A DNA stretch of 63,432 bases, the filler included, from a bacterium (GTDB lineage: Bacteria > JAJRZV01), in NCBI GenBank assembly GCA_024275095.1. It is 9 parts of 9 records of this genome, joined end to end, with 100 filler letters (N's around TTAATTAATTAA, not from the genome) between each part and the next. Parts side by side here need not be neighbours in the genome. Positions count along the whole stretch, not along the records: positions 18,305 to 21,348 come from JAJRZV010000099.1; positions 21,449 to 23,853 come from JAJRZV010000100.1; positions 23,954 to 34,156 come from JAJRZV010000101.1; 6 more parts are not named here. One strand, given 5' to 3'. Both the position numbers and the translations under genes were made by a program. Below the pieces are notes generated by a model. It made no database searches. It had not been told where the DNA came from and saw nothing but the letters and a program-made list of their open reading frames with translations. Positions 19,592-28,267 of the stretch are shown one piece after another. Every line of letters starts with the position of its first letter. Position 1 is the stretch's first letter.

Positions 19592-20958
19592 GGTTTTCCT
19601 TTTTTCCTGTTTTCATACCGGTTTTGTTGTTATTGATTTGCGGTTGTGGTTCTTCTGCAGAAAAGGTTGAAGTTCCCTGGCCTTCCTGGATTTTTACCCA
19701 CTGGGTGTGGGAAGATGAGAGCACCCAGGAGAGCGCGCTTCAGCTTGTAAAAGAGTATCTTGACAGGGATATTCCTGCAGGAGCAGTGATCATAGACAGC
19801 CCGTGGGAGACTCATTACAACACTTTTGTATTTGACCCTGACTTGTATCCGGACCCTTCTGCGATGGTTCACGAGTTTCATTCTATGGGTGTGAAAGTAA
19901 TTATGTGGATTTCCAGCATGATTAATACTGACAGTCCTGATTACGCTTATGCTTTAAGCAGGGGTTATTTTCTTCAGAGGGAGTCCGACTCTGGAGCTGT
20001 GGTAATAGAGTGGTGGAAGGGTAAGGGAAGTCTCCTGGACTATTTTAATCCTGATGCGCTTGAATGGTGGCATTCTCAAATGGAGAAAGTCTTAGAGCTT
20101 GACATTGATGGCTGGAAGTGTGACGGAACGGATTTTTACGCGTGGCTTGCTCCTTATTCGCCTGGAGCTGGGAGGTATATATCAAGACGGGAATATTCAG
20201 ACGCTTACTACAGGGATTTTTACGAGTATACCCGAAGAAGATTGGGGCGTGATCGTATTATTACCGCAAGACCCGTGGACAATTATGGTACAGGATACGG
20301 AGAAGACCTCGCTGTTTTTGCTCCCCGGGATGTGAACTGGGCAGGTTGGGTGGGAGACCAGGATCCTACTTTTGAAGGTCTGGAGGCTGCCCTCAACAAT
20401 ATGTATTACTCGTCACGCAAGGGCTATCTCGCTTTTGGTTCTGACATTGGTGGTTATCGGGTTGATTCAGCTTATGCCCCGTTAGGACGTTCCAAAGAGT
20501 TGTTTATCAGGTGGTCACAACTGGGGGCATTTTCACCGGTGATGGAAAATGGAGGTGGCGGAGAACATCGTCCGTGGATGTTTGACGAAGAAACGCTTGC
20601 AATATATCGGTTTTATACAAAAATGAGATATGCGATTTTAGGTTATATTGAAAGTGAAGCAAAGAAGTCGTGGAAAAAAGGTCTCTCGCTTATGCGATTT
20701 TTTCATATGAAGGATTATGCCTTTTACCTGGGAAATGACATTATTGTGTATCCAGTGTATGAAAATGTGAATCGCAGGTTTGTGAAAATGCCACCTGAGG
20801 GGCAGTGGCTGTACATTTTTAACCTGAATGGAAAGAAATATTCAGCAGGAATGACAGATGTCATACCTCTCACACTATGGGAATATCCCGTATTTGTCCG
20901 CAAGAACTCTAATGTCCACCACATTATCGAACAGTACGTGAATGGAAACTTTAAATAA
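19573..20958 (+). CDS. Glycoside hydrolase family 31, probable lipoprotein
   Basis: IIDSPW, LDYFNP.ALEWW, DGWKCDG, WVGDQ, GSDIGGY and ELFIRWSQLGAFSPVM; lipobox LICGC. Confidence 0.85.
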   Translation: MRFDTLRFSFFPVFIPVLLLLICGCGSSAEKVEVPWPSWIFTHWVWEDESTQESALQLVKEYLDRDIPAGAVIIDSPWETHYNTFVFDPDLYPDPSAMVHEFHSMGVKVIMWISSMINTDSPDYAYALSRGYFLQRESDSGAVVIEWWKGKGSLLDYFNPDALEWWHSQMEKVLELDIDGWKCDGTDFYAWLAPYSPGAGRYISRREYSDAYYRDFYEYTRRRLGRDRIITARPVDNYGTGYGEDLAVFAPRDVNWAGWVGDQDPTFEGLEAALNNMYYSSRKGYLAFGSDIGGYRVDSAYAPLGRSKELFIRWSQLGAFSPVMENGGGGEHRPWMFDEETLAIYRFYTKMRYAILGYIESEAKKSWKKGLSLMRFFHMKDYAFYLGNDIIVYPVYENVNRRFVKMPPEGQWLYIFNLNGKKYSAGMTDVIPLTLWEYPVFVRKNSNVHHIIEQYVNGNFK

Positions 20959-20966
20959 TCCACACT

Positions 20967-21348
20967 TCAGTATTCAAGCTGGGGTTCCCACTTTACCGAG
21001 TCGCCTGGAGAGACACGTATACGCAGAAGTTGTTCTATATCGTCTGTTTTCAACTCCACAGTATTTTTGCCTGCTTTAAGAGTGAATTCTATTTCATCTC
21101 CTGGTTCTATTCGTCCTTTGTATTCTCCATTGATGAAGACCTTTGCTGAGTCAGTCATTGGATTGGATATGACAATGGAAGGTGATGAACCAAAATCTCC
21201 CGGTTTTACGGTCCAGGTAATTTTTTCCCCTGACCGCAGCCGGAAGGAACGTTCGCGCTCGGTAATCCCATCTGAAAGTGATACATTTACAGAACCTACA
21301 CCTGTGAGAATACTTTTGCGTTCTCCTGGATAAACAGCCCCTCTGTAG
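20967..21348 (-). CDS. 3' end of the secreted beta-repeat (PEGA-like) protein also present at 34257-35237
   Basis: Near-identical to 34257-34611 and supplies the stop (...VKWEPQLEY*). Confidence 0.8.
20994..21348. repeat. 355-bp near-exact duplicate of 34257-34611 (two substitutions)
   Basis: Direct comparison: 21115 C vs 34378 A and 21228 C vs 34491 T. Both copies lie at contig ends. Confidence 0.93.
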
Positions 21349-21448
21349 NNNNNNNNNNNNNNNNNNNNNNNNNNNNNNNNNNNNNNNNNNNNTTAATTAA
21401 TTAANNNNNNNNNNNNNNNNNNNNNNNNNNNNNNNNNNNNNNNNNNNN
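21349..21448. other. Artificial contig linker
   Basis: N/TTAATTAATTAA/N. Confidence 0.98.
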
Positions 21449-21799
21449 CAAGCCCAAGCGGACATCGCCGCCAAAAAGAAGGGTAATCCCGAGTGTAACC
21501 AGAACAGTGGCTGTGACCTGAACGGCTCCTCCTGCAACAATCAACCGCCATAATCTGCGCACACGTTCCAGAGACAACTCAAGTCCAATACCAAACAGGA
21601 GCAATACAACCCCGAGCTCAGCAAGCATCTCGACCTGGTGCAGGTCTTTAACAAGTCCCAGTGCATGGGGGCCGATAAGTGCTCCGGCGATTATGAACCC
21701 GGCAATGGACGGCACTTGAAGGTAACCAAGCGTCACCACCACAACAACAGCCGCCGCGAGTATAACAACCAGGTCCTGTAGAAAAACCAGTCCACCCAT
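21449..21799 (-). CDS. CPA2/KefC-type cation:proton antiporter, 3' truncated
   Basis: VPSIAGFIIAGALIGP and LAELGVVLLLFGIGLE. Confidence 0.9.
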
Positions 21800-22135
21800 C
21801 GGGGTCAGGTCTCAACATTTGACATTTCTTGACTCCAGCTTAATGCCACAAGCAACCAGCCATTATTTTTTCGTCCCAAGATATCATTTTCCATGACACT
21901 CCATAAACCACACTCAAACATACAGGCATTTAGATAGTACTCCAATTTTCAATGGCCATTTTTCAGCGCAGAAGTAAAACAGGAATTGTTAATTCATACG
22001 AGGATATCCAATATCAGTGTTGTTTCAAACTATACTATGTTCTACCAATAAATCAACACACCACAACAGAAGGCTGCATGGATAGCAGGGCAATGCAATG
22101 CCCACGCTAATGTCAAATGTTGAGACCTGACCCCG
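21800..22135. mobile_element. Non-autonomous MITE/REP-like element bounded by perfect 27-bp inverted repeats
   Basis: CGGGGTCAGGTCTCAACATTTGACATT at 21800-21826 and its exact reverse complement at 22109-22135. The interior is AT-rich and apparently non-coding. Confidence 0.6.
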
Positions 22136-22139
22136 GAGG

Positions 22140-23783
22140 TTATGCAATCACGTCCAGTGGCGCCTCTTCCGCGTCCCCCGGATTGATGTTGAAAAAAGTG
22201 CACAGTGTGGGAAACACAGACAGGTTGGAGACAGTTTGAGAAATCAGCTCGCCTCGTCTTTTTGCAGCTCCACCCGTGACAACAAGGGGCACGTGCTCTT
22301 CAGCAAAAGAACCGTGGAGGCCGGGGACAAATGCAACGTCAAACGTTATTCCTTCCATGGATTTCATGAATCCCACCATCCCCGCGCGAAGAGCATCCAC
22401 GTATATAGGGAACGAAAAATTCTTTCTCAGGAACACGAACACCTGAGGCCACTTGATGAAACTCTGACCCGAGGCACAATGTGCGTTATAAAGATTGTAC
22501 GGAAAGCCAGTGTATGGGTTGATGCCTTCTGCCCTGTCCGTGCCTCTGACAATTGCAGCAATGGGCTCGTCAGGATGACCGCGGTTATATTCTTCAAGGG
22601 CACCGACGATAAGATCTTCATAACCCTCGTCAATGTTGTAAATGTAAGCATTCGGCCCTTCTGCCACGCAGTATTCGTACACGCCGGACGGGTTGTAGGG
22701 ATGTATGCCGTCAGAGGCACGCATGGGGAATCCTGCCCCGGCAAGGATTTTCCTGATGTCCACGATGTAAGGAGACGTAAGGTCAATAATGACAAAAAGA
22801 TCTTCCAGCTGACACACGCCGTCACCCGAAGGGTCGGGCGCGCCGATGGACGTCATACCATGGTCGGCGGTAATAACGACAAGCGTGTCATCCCACCGCC
22901 CTGTATCCTTGAGGAAACGCACCAGCTCGCCCACACACTGGTCAGTGAATTTCACCTGATCCTTTATGGCGTAAGGATTATCTACAATGGAGAGGTCCTT
23001 GTTTTCGAGAAAATTACCATAGATATGGCCTGCATCGTCCGGGCCTGCAAACAGGATGTACATAAAGTCAGGGTCAGCCTTGCGAATAATCTCCATGGCA
23101 CCCTCGAGGACCCACAGGTCCGACGGAAAATACTCCGGCGTAAGGCCGAGGTTCAGCGTGCACACCAGGCGCTCTTTACCTTCGGGTGACCTCACGCACA
23201 ACCTGGGAATACAGTGCTTCTCCTCACCGTATCCAGCCAGCACGTAGGATTCGGGGTTCCTCACGTATGCTGGATGGGAATATCCTGTTGCCACCACATC
23301 AACGTATTCGCTGGCAAAGGCCTCGCCCACCCAGCCCTTGCCGGTAATCACTGCTGTAACTGCCCGCGGATTACGTTCTTTAACCGCCTGAAAAAAGGTT
23401 CTCGCCTGGATGGCCCCAGGCGGATAAAAGCTGGTGATGGGCTGGTGCTTTTCATCCAACCCACCGTAATATTTGCCTGCCCCGTACACGCCAATGGGCC
23501 CGGGTGAACGGCCTGTAATAATGGCACTGTGGTTGCAAACCGTCACGGCAGGAAGCGGTGAAAAGCAACTCTCGTAGCACACTCCCTCGTTGATAAGTGC
23601 CTGCACTTCCTTCATGACAGGCTGGCCGTTCTCATCCGTGGCAAAGATATAATCAGCAGAAAGCCCGTCAAGCGCGATGATATAAGCCCGCTTTTTGGCA
23701 ACTCTGCCACAGCCATGCGAAAGACCAGCCAGCGCAAGAGCCCCAGCCGGAATGTACCTGAAAATCAGATCTCTTCTTGTCAT
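22140..23783 (-). CDS. Alkaline-phosphatase superfamily nucleotide pyrophosphatase/phosphodiesterase, probable Tat-exported lipoprotein
   Basis: MTRRDLI twin-arginine signal ending SHGC; IIALDGL, PAVTVCNHSAIITG, DDAGH, TADHG and GLHG. Confidence 0.85.
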   Translation of the reverse strand: MTRRDLIFRYIPAGALALAGLSHGCGRVAKKRAYIIALDGLSADYIFATDENGQPVMKEVQALINEGVCYESCFSPLPAVTVCNHSAIITGRSPGPIGVYGAGKYYGGLDEKHQPITSFYPPGAIQARTFFQAVKERNPRAVTAVITGKGWVGEAFASEYVDVVATGYSHPAYVRNPESYVLAGYGEEKHCIPRLCVRSPEGKERLVCTLNLGLTPEYFPSDLWVLEGAMEIIRKADPDFMYILFAGPDDAGHIYGNFLENKDLSIVDNPYAIKDQVKFTDQCVGELVRFLKDTGRWDDTLVVITADHGMTSIGAPDPSGDGVCQLEDLFVIIDLTSPYIVDIRKILAGAGFPMRASDGIHPYNPSGVYEYCVAEGPNAYIYNIDEGYEDLIVGALEEYNRGHPDEPIAAIVRGTDRAEGINPYTGFPYNLYNAHCASGQSFIKWPQVFVFLRKNFSFPIYVDALRAGMVGFMKSMEGITFDVAFVPGLHGSFAEEHVPLVVTGGAAKRRGELISQTVSNLSVFPTLCTFFNINPGDAEEAPLDVIA

Positions 23784-23853
23784 TTTCCCTTCCCTCCCTT
23801 GTTTGTGTAATTTCCCACCAGGAATCAATTCTTCCACGCGAGAATATCATCCA

Positions 23854-23953
23854 NNNNNNNNNNNNNNNNNNNNNNNNNNNNNNNNNNNNNNNNNNNNTTA
23901 ATTAATTAANNNNNNNNNNNNNNNNNNNNNNNNNNNNNNNNNNNNNNNNNNNN
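23854..23953. other. Artificial contig linker
   Basis: N/TTAATTAATTAA/N. Confidence 0.98.
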
Positions 23954-23980
23954 AAAAAGCCCCCTCCTTACGGAGGGGGC
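23954..23980 (-). terminator. Rho-independent terminator of the cold-shock gene
   Basis: Minus strand GCCCCCTCC-GTAA-GGAGGGGGC followed by TTTTT, 12 nt after the stop. Confidence 0.88.
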
Positions 23981-23992
23981 CTGTGGCCTCGC

Positions 23993-24196
23993 TCAGTCGA
24001 GCTTTCTCACCTTGACGGCCTGGAGGCCCTTGGGGGTCTCCTGGACTTCGAACTCGACCTTCTGGCCTTCACGCAGGGTTTTAAAACCCTCTTCTTCGAT
24101 GGCAGAGAAGTGCACAAACACGTCTCCGCCGCCATCCTGTTCAATGAACCCGTAACCCTTGGATTCATTGAACCACTTCACCTTACCAGTAGCCAT
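23993..24196 (-). CDS. csp: Cold-shock protein (CspA family)
   Basis: [15 protein letters not shown] (RNP1) and DVFVHFSAI (RNP2); GGAGG SD. Confidence 0.97.
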   Translation of the reverse strand: MATGKVKWFNESKGYGFIEQDGGGDVFVHFSAIEEEGFKTLREGQKVEFEVQETPKGLQAVKVRKLD

Positions 24197-24552
24197 ACTA
24201 CTACCTCCTGAAACTACCCCTTCGGGGCTTGGATTAATTTTAATGGGAACTTTTTCGTGAGGTCCTTCTCCTGCTTAAGTATTACTTTTTCACCCTATCA
24301 CCCTGCCAGCAGGTTTGTCAAGGGTCCATGAAGAAACCTTACAATTTAAATCATGGGTATAAAAAGAACGTATTATTGCAGAAGTTGCTTTAGCCGCCGT
24401 TTTTCATGAAAAATCCTGTAACGTCAGCACTGGATGTGGTTAAAATATTCTGGGTAGTGGATTATGCCTTTTAGAATAAAAGCCCATACTTATCGGCAGG
24501 GCTTTCTTGGCATCCCTGTGGAAGAAAAAATCTCGAAAGCAGGGGTTATCAA

Positions 24553-25956
24553 ATGAAAAACAGAGAGGCTCGAGTGCTGATATTTAACTGTGATTATTCT
24601 GCCGAAAAAATAGCGAGATGCATACGTACTGGACTTGCTGCGTTTGGCCTTCAACCCGGAGGTAAAATTTTCATCAAACCCAATGCGGTATTTGTGCACA
24701 AAAAAGAAATATTCGGGGAAGAATCATACACCCATCCCGCTGTACTTGAAGGTGCTCTTCAGGTGTTCTCACGGCTGGACAATGCCTCCCGCATCTACAT
24801 AGGTGAGAAAAGTGCTATAGGACTTCCAACACGCCTCGCATACAAATATGCGGGTTATCACCAACTCGTTAAACGCATAAAAAAAACAACCAATACACCT
24901 GTTGACCTTTACTGCATCGAGGAAGACCTCCGGGCAGAACGCTTTGTCGGTGGTGTTGTTCATTCTGTTGTGAGAATTTCAAAAAGAATGGCAGAAAGTG
25001 ATTTTATGGTGTATCTCCCCAAGTTGAAACGCCATTGTGTGAGCAATATGACAGATGCGGTTAAATTAAATATCGGGATCCTCAGTGATGACGAAAGGTC
25101 TATCAGGCACGATTTTCTGCTCAACGAAAAAATTGCAGACCTGCTATCTGTTGGATATCCCGACTTTATCGTAATGGATGCCATTACCATAGGCGCGGGA
25201 AATGAAGCAGTTCCTGCACCACGTCACCTCGGAGTATTGATTATGGGCGTCAATCCTGTTGCCGTAGACCTCGTTGCCGCTCATCTCATGGGGTATACCG
25301 CTGATGATATCGATTATTTGAAGGCCGCCATAAAAAGAGGGTACGGACCAGCACGTGTAGAAGAAGTCGAGATTAACGGTGATTATTCAAATCTGGACGA
25401 ACTTGAGCCGTTACGGGAACGTTTGAAGCCATACGATGAAGAATGGCACAGATGGGACGACGTAGAAAGGGAACTGAAAAGGGCGAACTCTCCCATCAAC
25501 TTCTATTTCGGCCCTTCCACGCATAACAGTGAAAAATCACAACGCTGTGAATACGGATGTGTTATGGGTGTAAAAATGGCTTTTGCATCTCTTGAACGTT
25601 ATGCAGGTACAGATGCCTTAAAAAATGCCAGGGGAATCACCATTATTATCGGCCAACAGGGTGCAGCACCCATCGACTGCGGGGGCGAAGTGGCAATGTT
25701 CATCGGGGCATGTTCCCGGGCGAACATTGTTAATGCAAAGAAAATTGTCAGGTTAAACAAATGCTTTACCACAGCCACAGACATGATACCCCTCATCGGC
25801 TTTTATGCGAAGATACCCACACCTTACACTGATGTAAAAATGCTACCCGGTTTCATATGGTCCTTTCTTCTATCTGCAATGAAAAAACTTTTTGGAGGAC
25901 GCTATCTTCAGGACATTCTATTCTTTATAAAGCGCAATCTTATACGAAAGCTGTAA
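24553..25956 (+). CDS. DUF362-family (putative Fe-S) protein
   Basis: IFIKPN, THPAVLEG, LPKLKRH...AVKLNIG, DFIVMDAI and NPVAVDLVAAHLMG; Cys-containing C-terminal region. Confidence 0.75.
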   Translation: MKNREARVLIFNCDYSAEKIARCIRTGLAAFGLQPGGKIFIKPNAVFVHKKEIFGEESYTHPAVLEGALQVFSRLDNASRIYIGEKSAIGLPTRLAYKYAGYHQLVKRIKKTTNTPVDLYCIEEDLRAERFVGGVVHSVVRISKRMAESDFMVYLPKLKRHCVSNMTDAVKLNIGILSDDERSIRHDFLLNEKIADLLSVGYPDFIVMDAITIGAGNEAVPAPRHLGVLIMGVNPVAVDLVAAHLMGYTADDIDYLKAAIKRGYGPARVEEVEINGDYSNLDELEPLRERLKPYDEEWHRWDDVERELKRANSPINFYFGPSTHNSEKSQRCEYGCVMGVKMAFASLERYAGTDALKNARGITIIIGQQGAAPIDCGGEVAMFIGACSRANIVNAKKIVRLNKCFTTATDMIPLIGFYAKIPTPYTDVKMLPGFIWSFLLSAMKKLFGGRYLQDILFFIKRNLIRKL

Positions 25957-25965
25957 TCGCGGAAC

Positions 25966-26215
25966 TCAGGACTGACAATTGAAATCCCTGTTCCAAACAA
26001 GTGATTCACTGGCAAGCTGGGTTGCATCTGCCACCTTTGTGGAGAAGGGACTCCCTACGAGAGAGTCCCCGAGGTTATTCTCGCAGAAAGGACATACCGA
26101 AGTAATATGCTGGCCTCTATGCCCACAGCTTCTTTGAGCCTTTCCGATGCAGACATATTGCCGTGTCTCCCTGTTCCCGTCCATGATACACCCCTTTCCG
26201 CACGTGTTTTTATTT
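25966..26215 (-). pseudogene. Frameshifted remnant of a CCG-domain (HdrD/GlpC-like Fe-S oxidoreductase) C-terminus
   Basis: Joining two frames gives TCG / GVSW...ERLKEAVGIEASI / ITSVCPFCENNLGDSL...KVADATQL. Confidence 0.6.
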
Positions 26216-26404
26216 TATCCCTGGATTTATCGCCGGTAATATTTACGTGATGTTTTTCTGTTTTCACCCGGAAAGCTCTCGATCCTCCAGCTGAGGTTTC
26301 ACTTAACGAATGCTTCGCTTTGGGTGGAGCAATACCCTTGACGCTATGAAATTCTGTAGAAATGATGTTTTCATTACATAATTAAAGTAAAGGGAGAGAT
26401 TTCT

Positions 26405-26930
26405 ATGACAAGATATAAAGACTGGTGGATCCAGGCCCGCGCCGATTTAAAACATGCAAAAGATTCTCTAAAGGGGGAAGCGTACGAATGGGCTTGTTTT
26501 GCCGCCCAGCAAGCTGTGGAGAAGGCATTAAAAGCTGTGTTTGAAAAAAGAGGCGAACAAATTTGGGGATACTCTATCACACGTATGCTCCAGGTCCTTC
26601 AAAAAAGGGGGGTTAAAACCTCCGACGAACTCATTGAATCAGGAAAAATTCTGGATAAACATTATATTCCCACACGTTATCCGAGTGGATATTTTGATAA
26701 TTTTGAAAGAGAGCAACTTGAAATTTCTGGAAAGGATTGTCCTGTATTCGCCTGACGATTTTCCAGTGGATATAGACGTATTTCCATACACATTAAAAGA
26801 AGTCAAAGGTAAAAACATCCCTTTGATAAATACAGCCTTGAAAATGGGTAAAGTGCTTTTTGAAAACAAAAAAGCAGTATCACAATTGTATAAAACTTCT
26901 TCGATTGTAGCTTCAGCTTTGAAAAGTTAA
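26405..26930 (+). pseudogene. Internally deleted HEPN-MNT (nucleotidyltransferase) toxin-antitoxin pair
   Basis: HEPN N-part (WACFAAQQAVEKALKA...HYIPTRYP) joined at about 26685 to an MNT C-part in another frame (VDILIIL...FPVDIDVFPYT..E). Confidence 0.75.
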
Positions 26931-26940
26931 ACTCTGCTTT

Positions 26941-27546
26941 ATGAAGCATTCACCTGTAGACCGCTTTGCGTATCAGGACACATTCCTCCACCGCATGGAC
27001 GTAAAGGTAAAATTTACATTTGCTGGGGCAGTGGTACTGACAGCATCATTTTTGCCCGGTAGCTGGTATCTTTTTGCATTAGAACTCATGGTGTTGACCG
27101 GCATAGGAAGCCTGGCACACATACCGCTCAACTTTACACTGAAAAGGATGCTCCTGGCTCTCCCATTCGGCGGACTTGTCTTCATATCCAATGCCTTCTA
27201 CGGGAACACCTTTTCCGTGTCAGAAGTAATTGTACTGATATTACGCGCCAGCGTGTGTATTCTGGCCGTATTTCTCACTGTGGCAACCACCCCACTCTAT
27301 AAATTACTCGACGCTTCCGGCAAGCGCGGCAATCCGGCTGTACTTGTTGTAATGATGATATACAGATACTTTTTTCTTTTTTTCGATGTACTTGAACGTA
27401 CGCTGCGAGCCCTGCGGGTAAGAGGCGGGATGCGGGGACAGGCAAAAATTGCTTCTTCCGCACGTATCGCGTCCAATGTCTTCTCGCGCCTGCTCCAGCG
27501 AGCGGAGAAAATACAGATGGCCTTGCTTGTAAAAGGAAGTGGCTAA
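26941..27546 (+). CDS. cbiQ: ECF transporter T component (CbiQ/NikQ-like)
   Basis: FLHRMDVKVK, ATTP, IYRYFFL and RAEKIQMA; lies upstream of the ATPase. Confidence 0.8.
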   Translation: MKHSPVDRFAYQDTFLHRMDVKVKFTFAGAVVLTASFLPGSWYLFALELMVLTGIGSLAHIPLNFTLKRMLLALPFGGLVFISNAFYGNTFSVSEVIVLILRASVCILAVFLTVATTPLYKLLDASGKRGNPAVLVVMMIYRYFFLFFDVLERTLRALRVRGGMRGQAKIASSARIASNVFSRLLQRAEKIQMALLVKGSG

Positions 27547-28252
27547 CATGGGTTTCCTGAAGGTAAAAAATCTTTCGTGTTCTTATTCAGACGGTACTGT
27601 GGGTATACGTAACATATCATTCACATTAAACAAAAACCAGCGCATGGCAGTAATAGGTGCCAACGGTGCAGGAAAGACAACTCTTTTACTGGCCCTTGCC
27701 GGGCTGATTCCTTTTGCAGGAGAAGTGCGCTTTGACGGAATACTCCTCACCAGGAAAACTGCACCCGAAATCAGAAAACGGTTGGGATTTGTGTTTCAGG
27801 ATCCGGATGACCAGATTTTTATGCCCACTGTTTTTGAAGACGTGGCATTCAGCCTGAGAAATGCCGGAATCAAGGGAGACGAATTGAAATACAGAACATT
27901 GAAGGCCCTGGCAACTGTGGGACTTCCCCTGGAATTCCTGTCCAGAGAGCCACATCACCTGAGTTTTGGTGAAAAAAGAAGAGTATGTATTGCGGGAGCC
28001 CTTGTTCATGAACCAGAGCTTTTGCTTTTAGACGAACCCACAAGTGGTCTCGATCCTCGATCGAGAAGGGAACTGCTGGGCACGCTTCACAATCTCACGT
28101 CAACCATTATCATTGCTACTCATGATCTCGATGCAGCCGGTAAAATCTGTGATGTTGTACTTCTGTTAAAAAAAGGTCACCAGGTGGCCCTGGGAACAAA
28201 AGAAGAAGTACTGGAAGACAAAAAACTCCTGGAGCACTGCGGACTGCTCTGA
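27539..28252 (+). CDS. cbiO: ECF transporter ATPase (CbiO/NikO-like)
   Basis: GANGAGKT, VFQDPDDQIF, LSFGEKRR, LLDEPT and ATHD. Confidence 0.9.
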   Translation: MANMGFLKVKNLSCSYSDGTVGIRNISFTLNKNQRMAVIGANGAGKTTLLLALAGLIPFAGEVRFDGILLTRKTAPEIRKRLGFVFQDPDDQIFMPTVFEDVAFSLRNAGIKGDELKYRTLKALATVGLPLEFLSREPHHLSFGEKRRVCIAGALVHEPELLLLDEPTSGLDPRSRRELLGTLHNLTSTIIIATHDLDAAGKICDVVLLLKKGHQVALGTKEEVLEDKKLLEHCGLL

Positions 28253-28267
28253 GTACAAAATACATCT

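Noticed and set aside
22236-23189. 317-aa plus-strand ORF
   Set aside because: Antisense shadow of the phosphodiesterase gene, with no recognisable motifs.
25960-26400. Possible cobalamin or NiCo riboswitch upstream of cbiQO
   Set aside because: No recognisable B12-box or conserved core. The region is better explained as a CCG pseudogene and is separated from cbiQ by the TA remnant.
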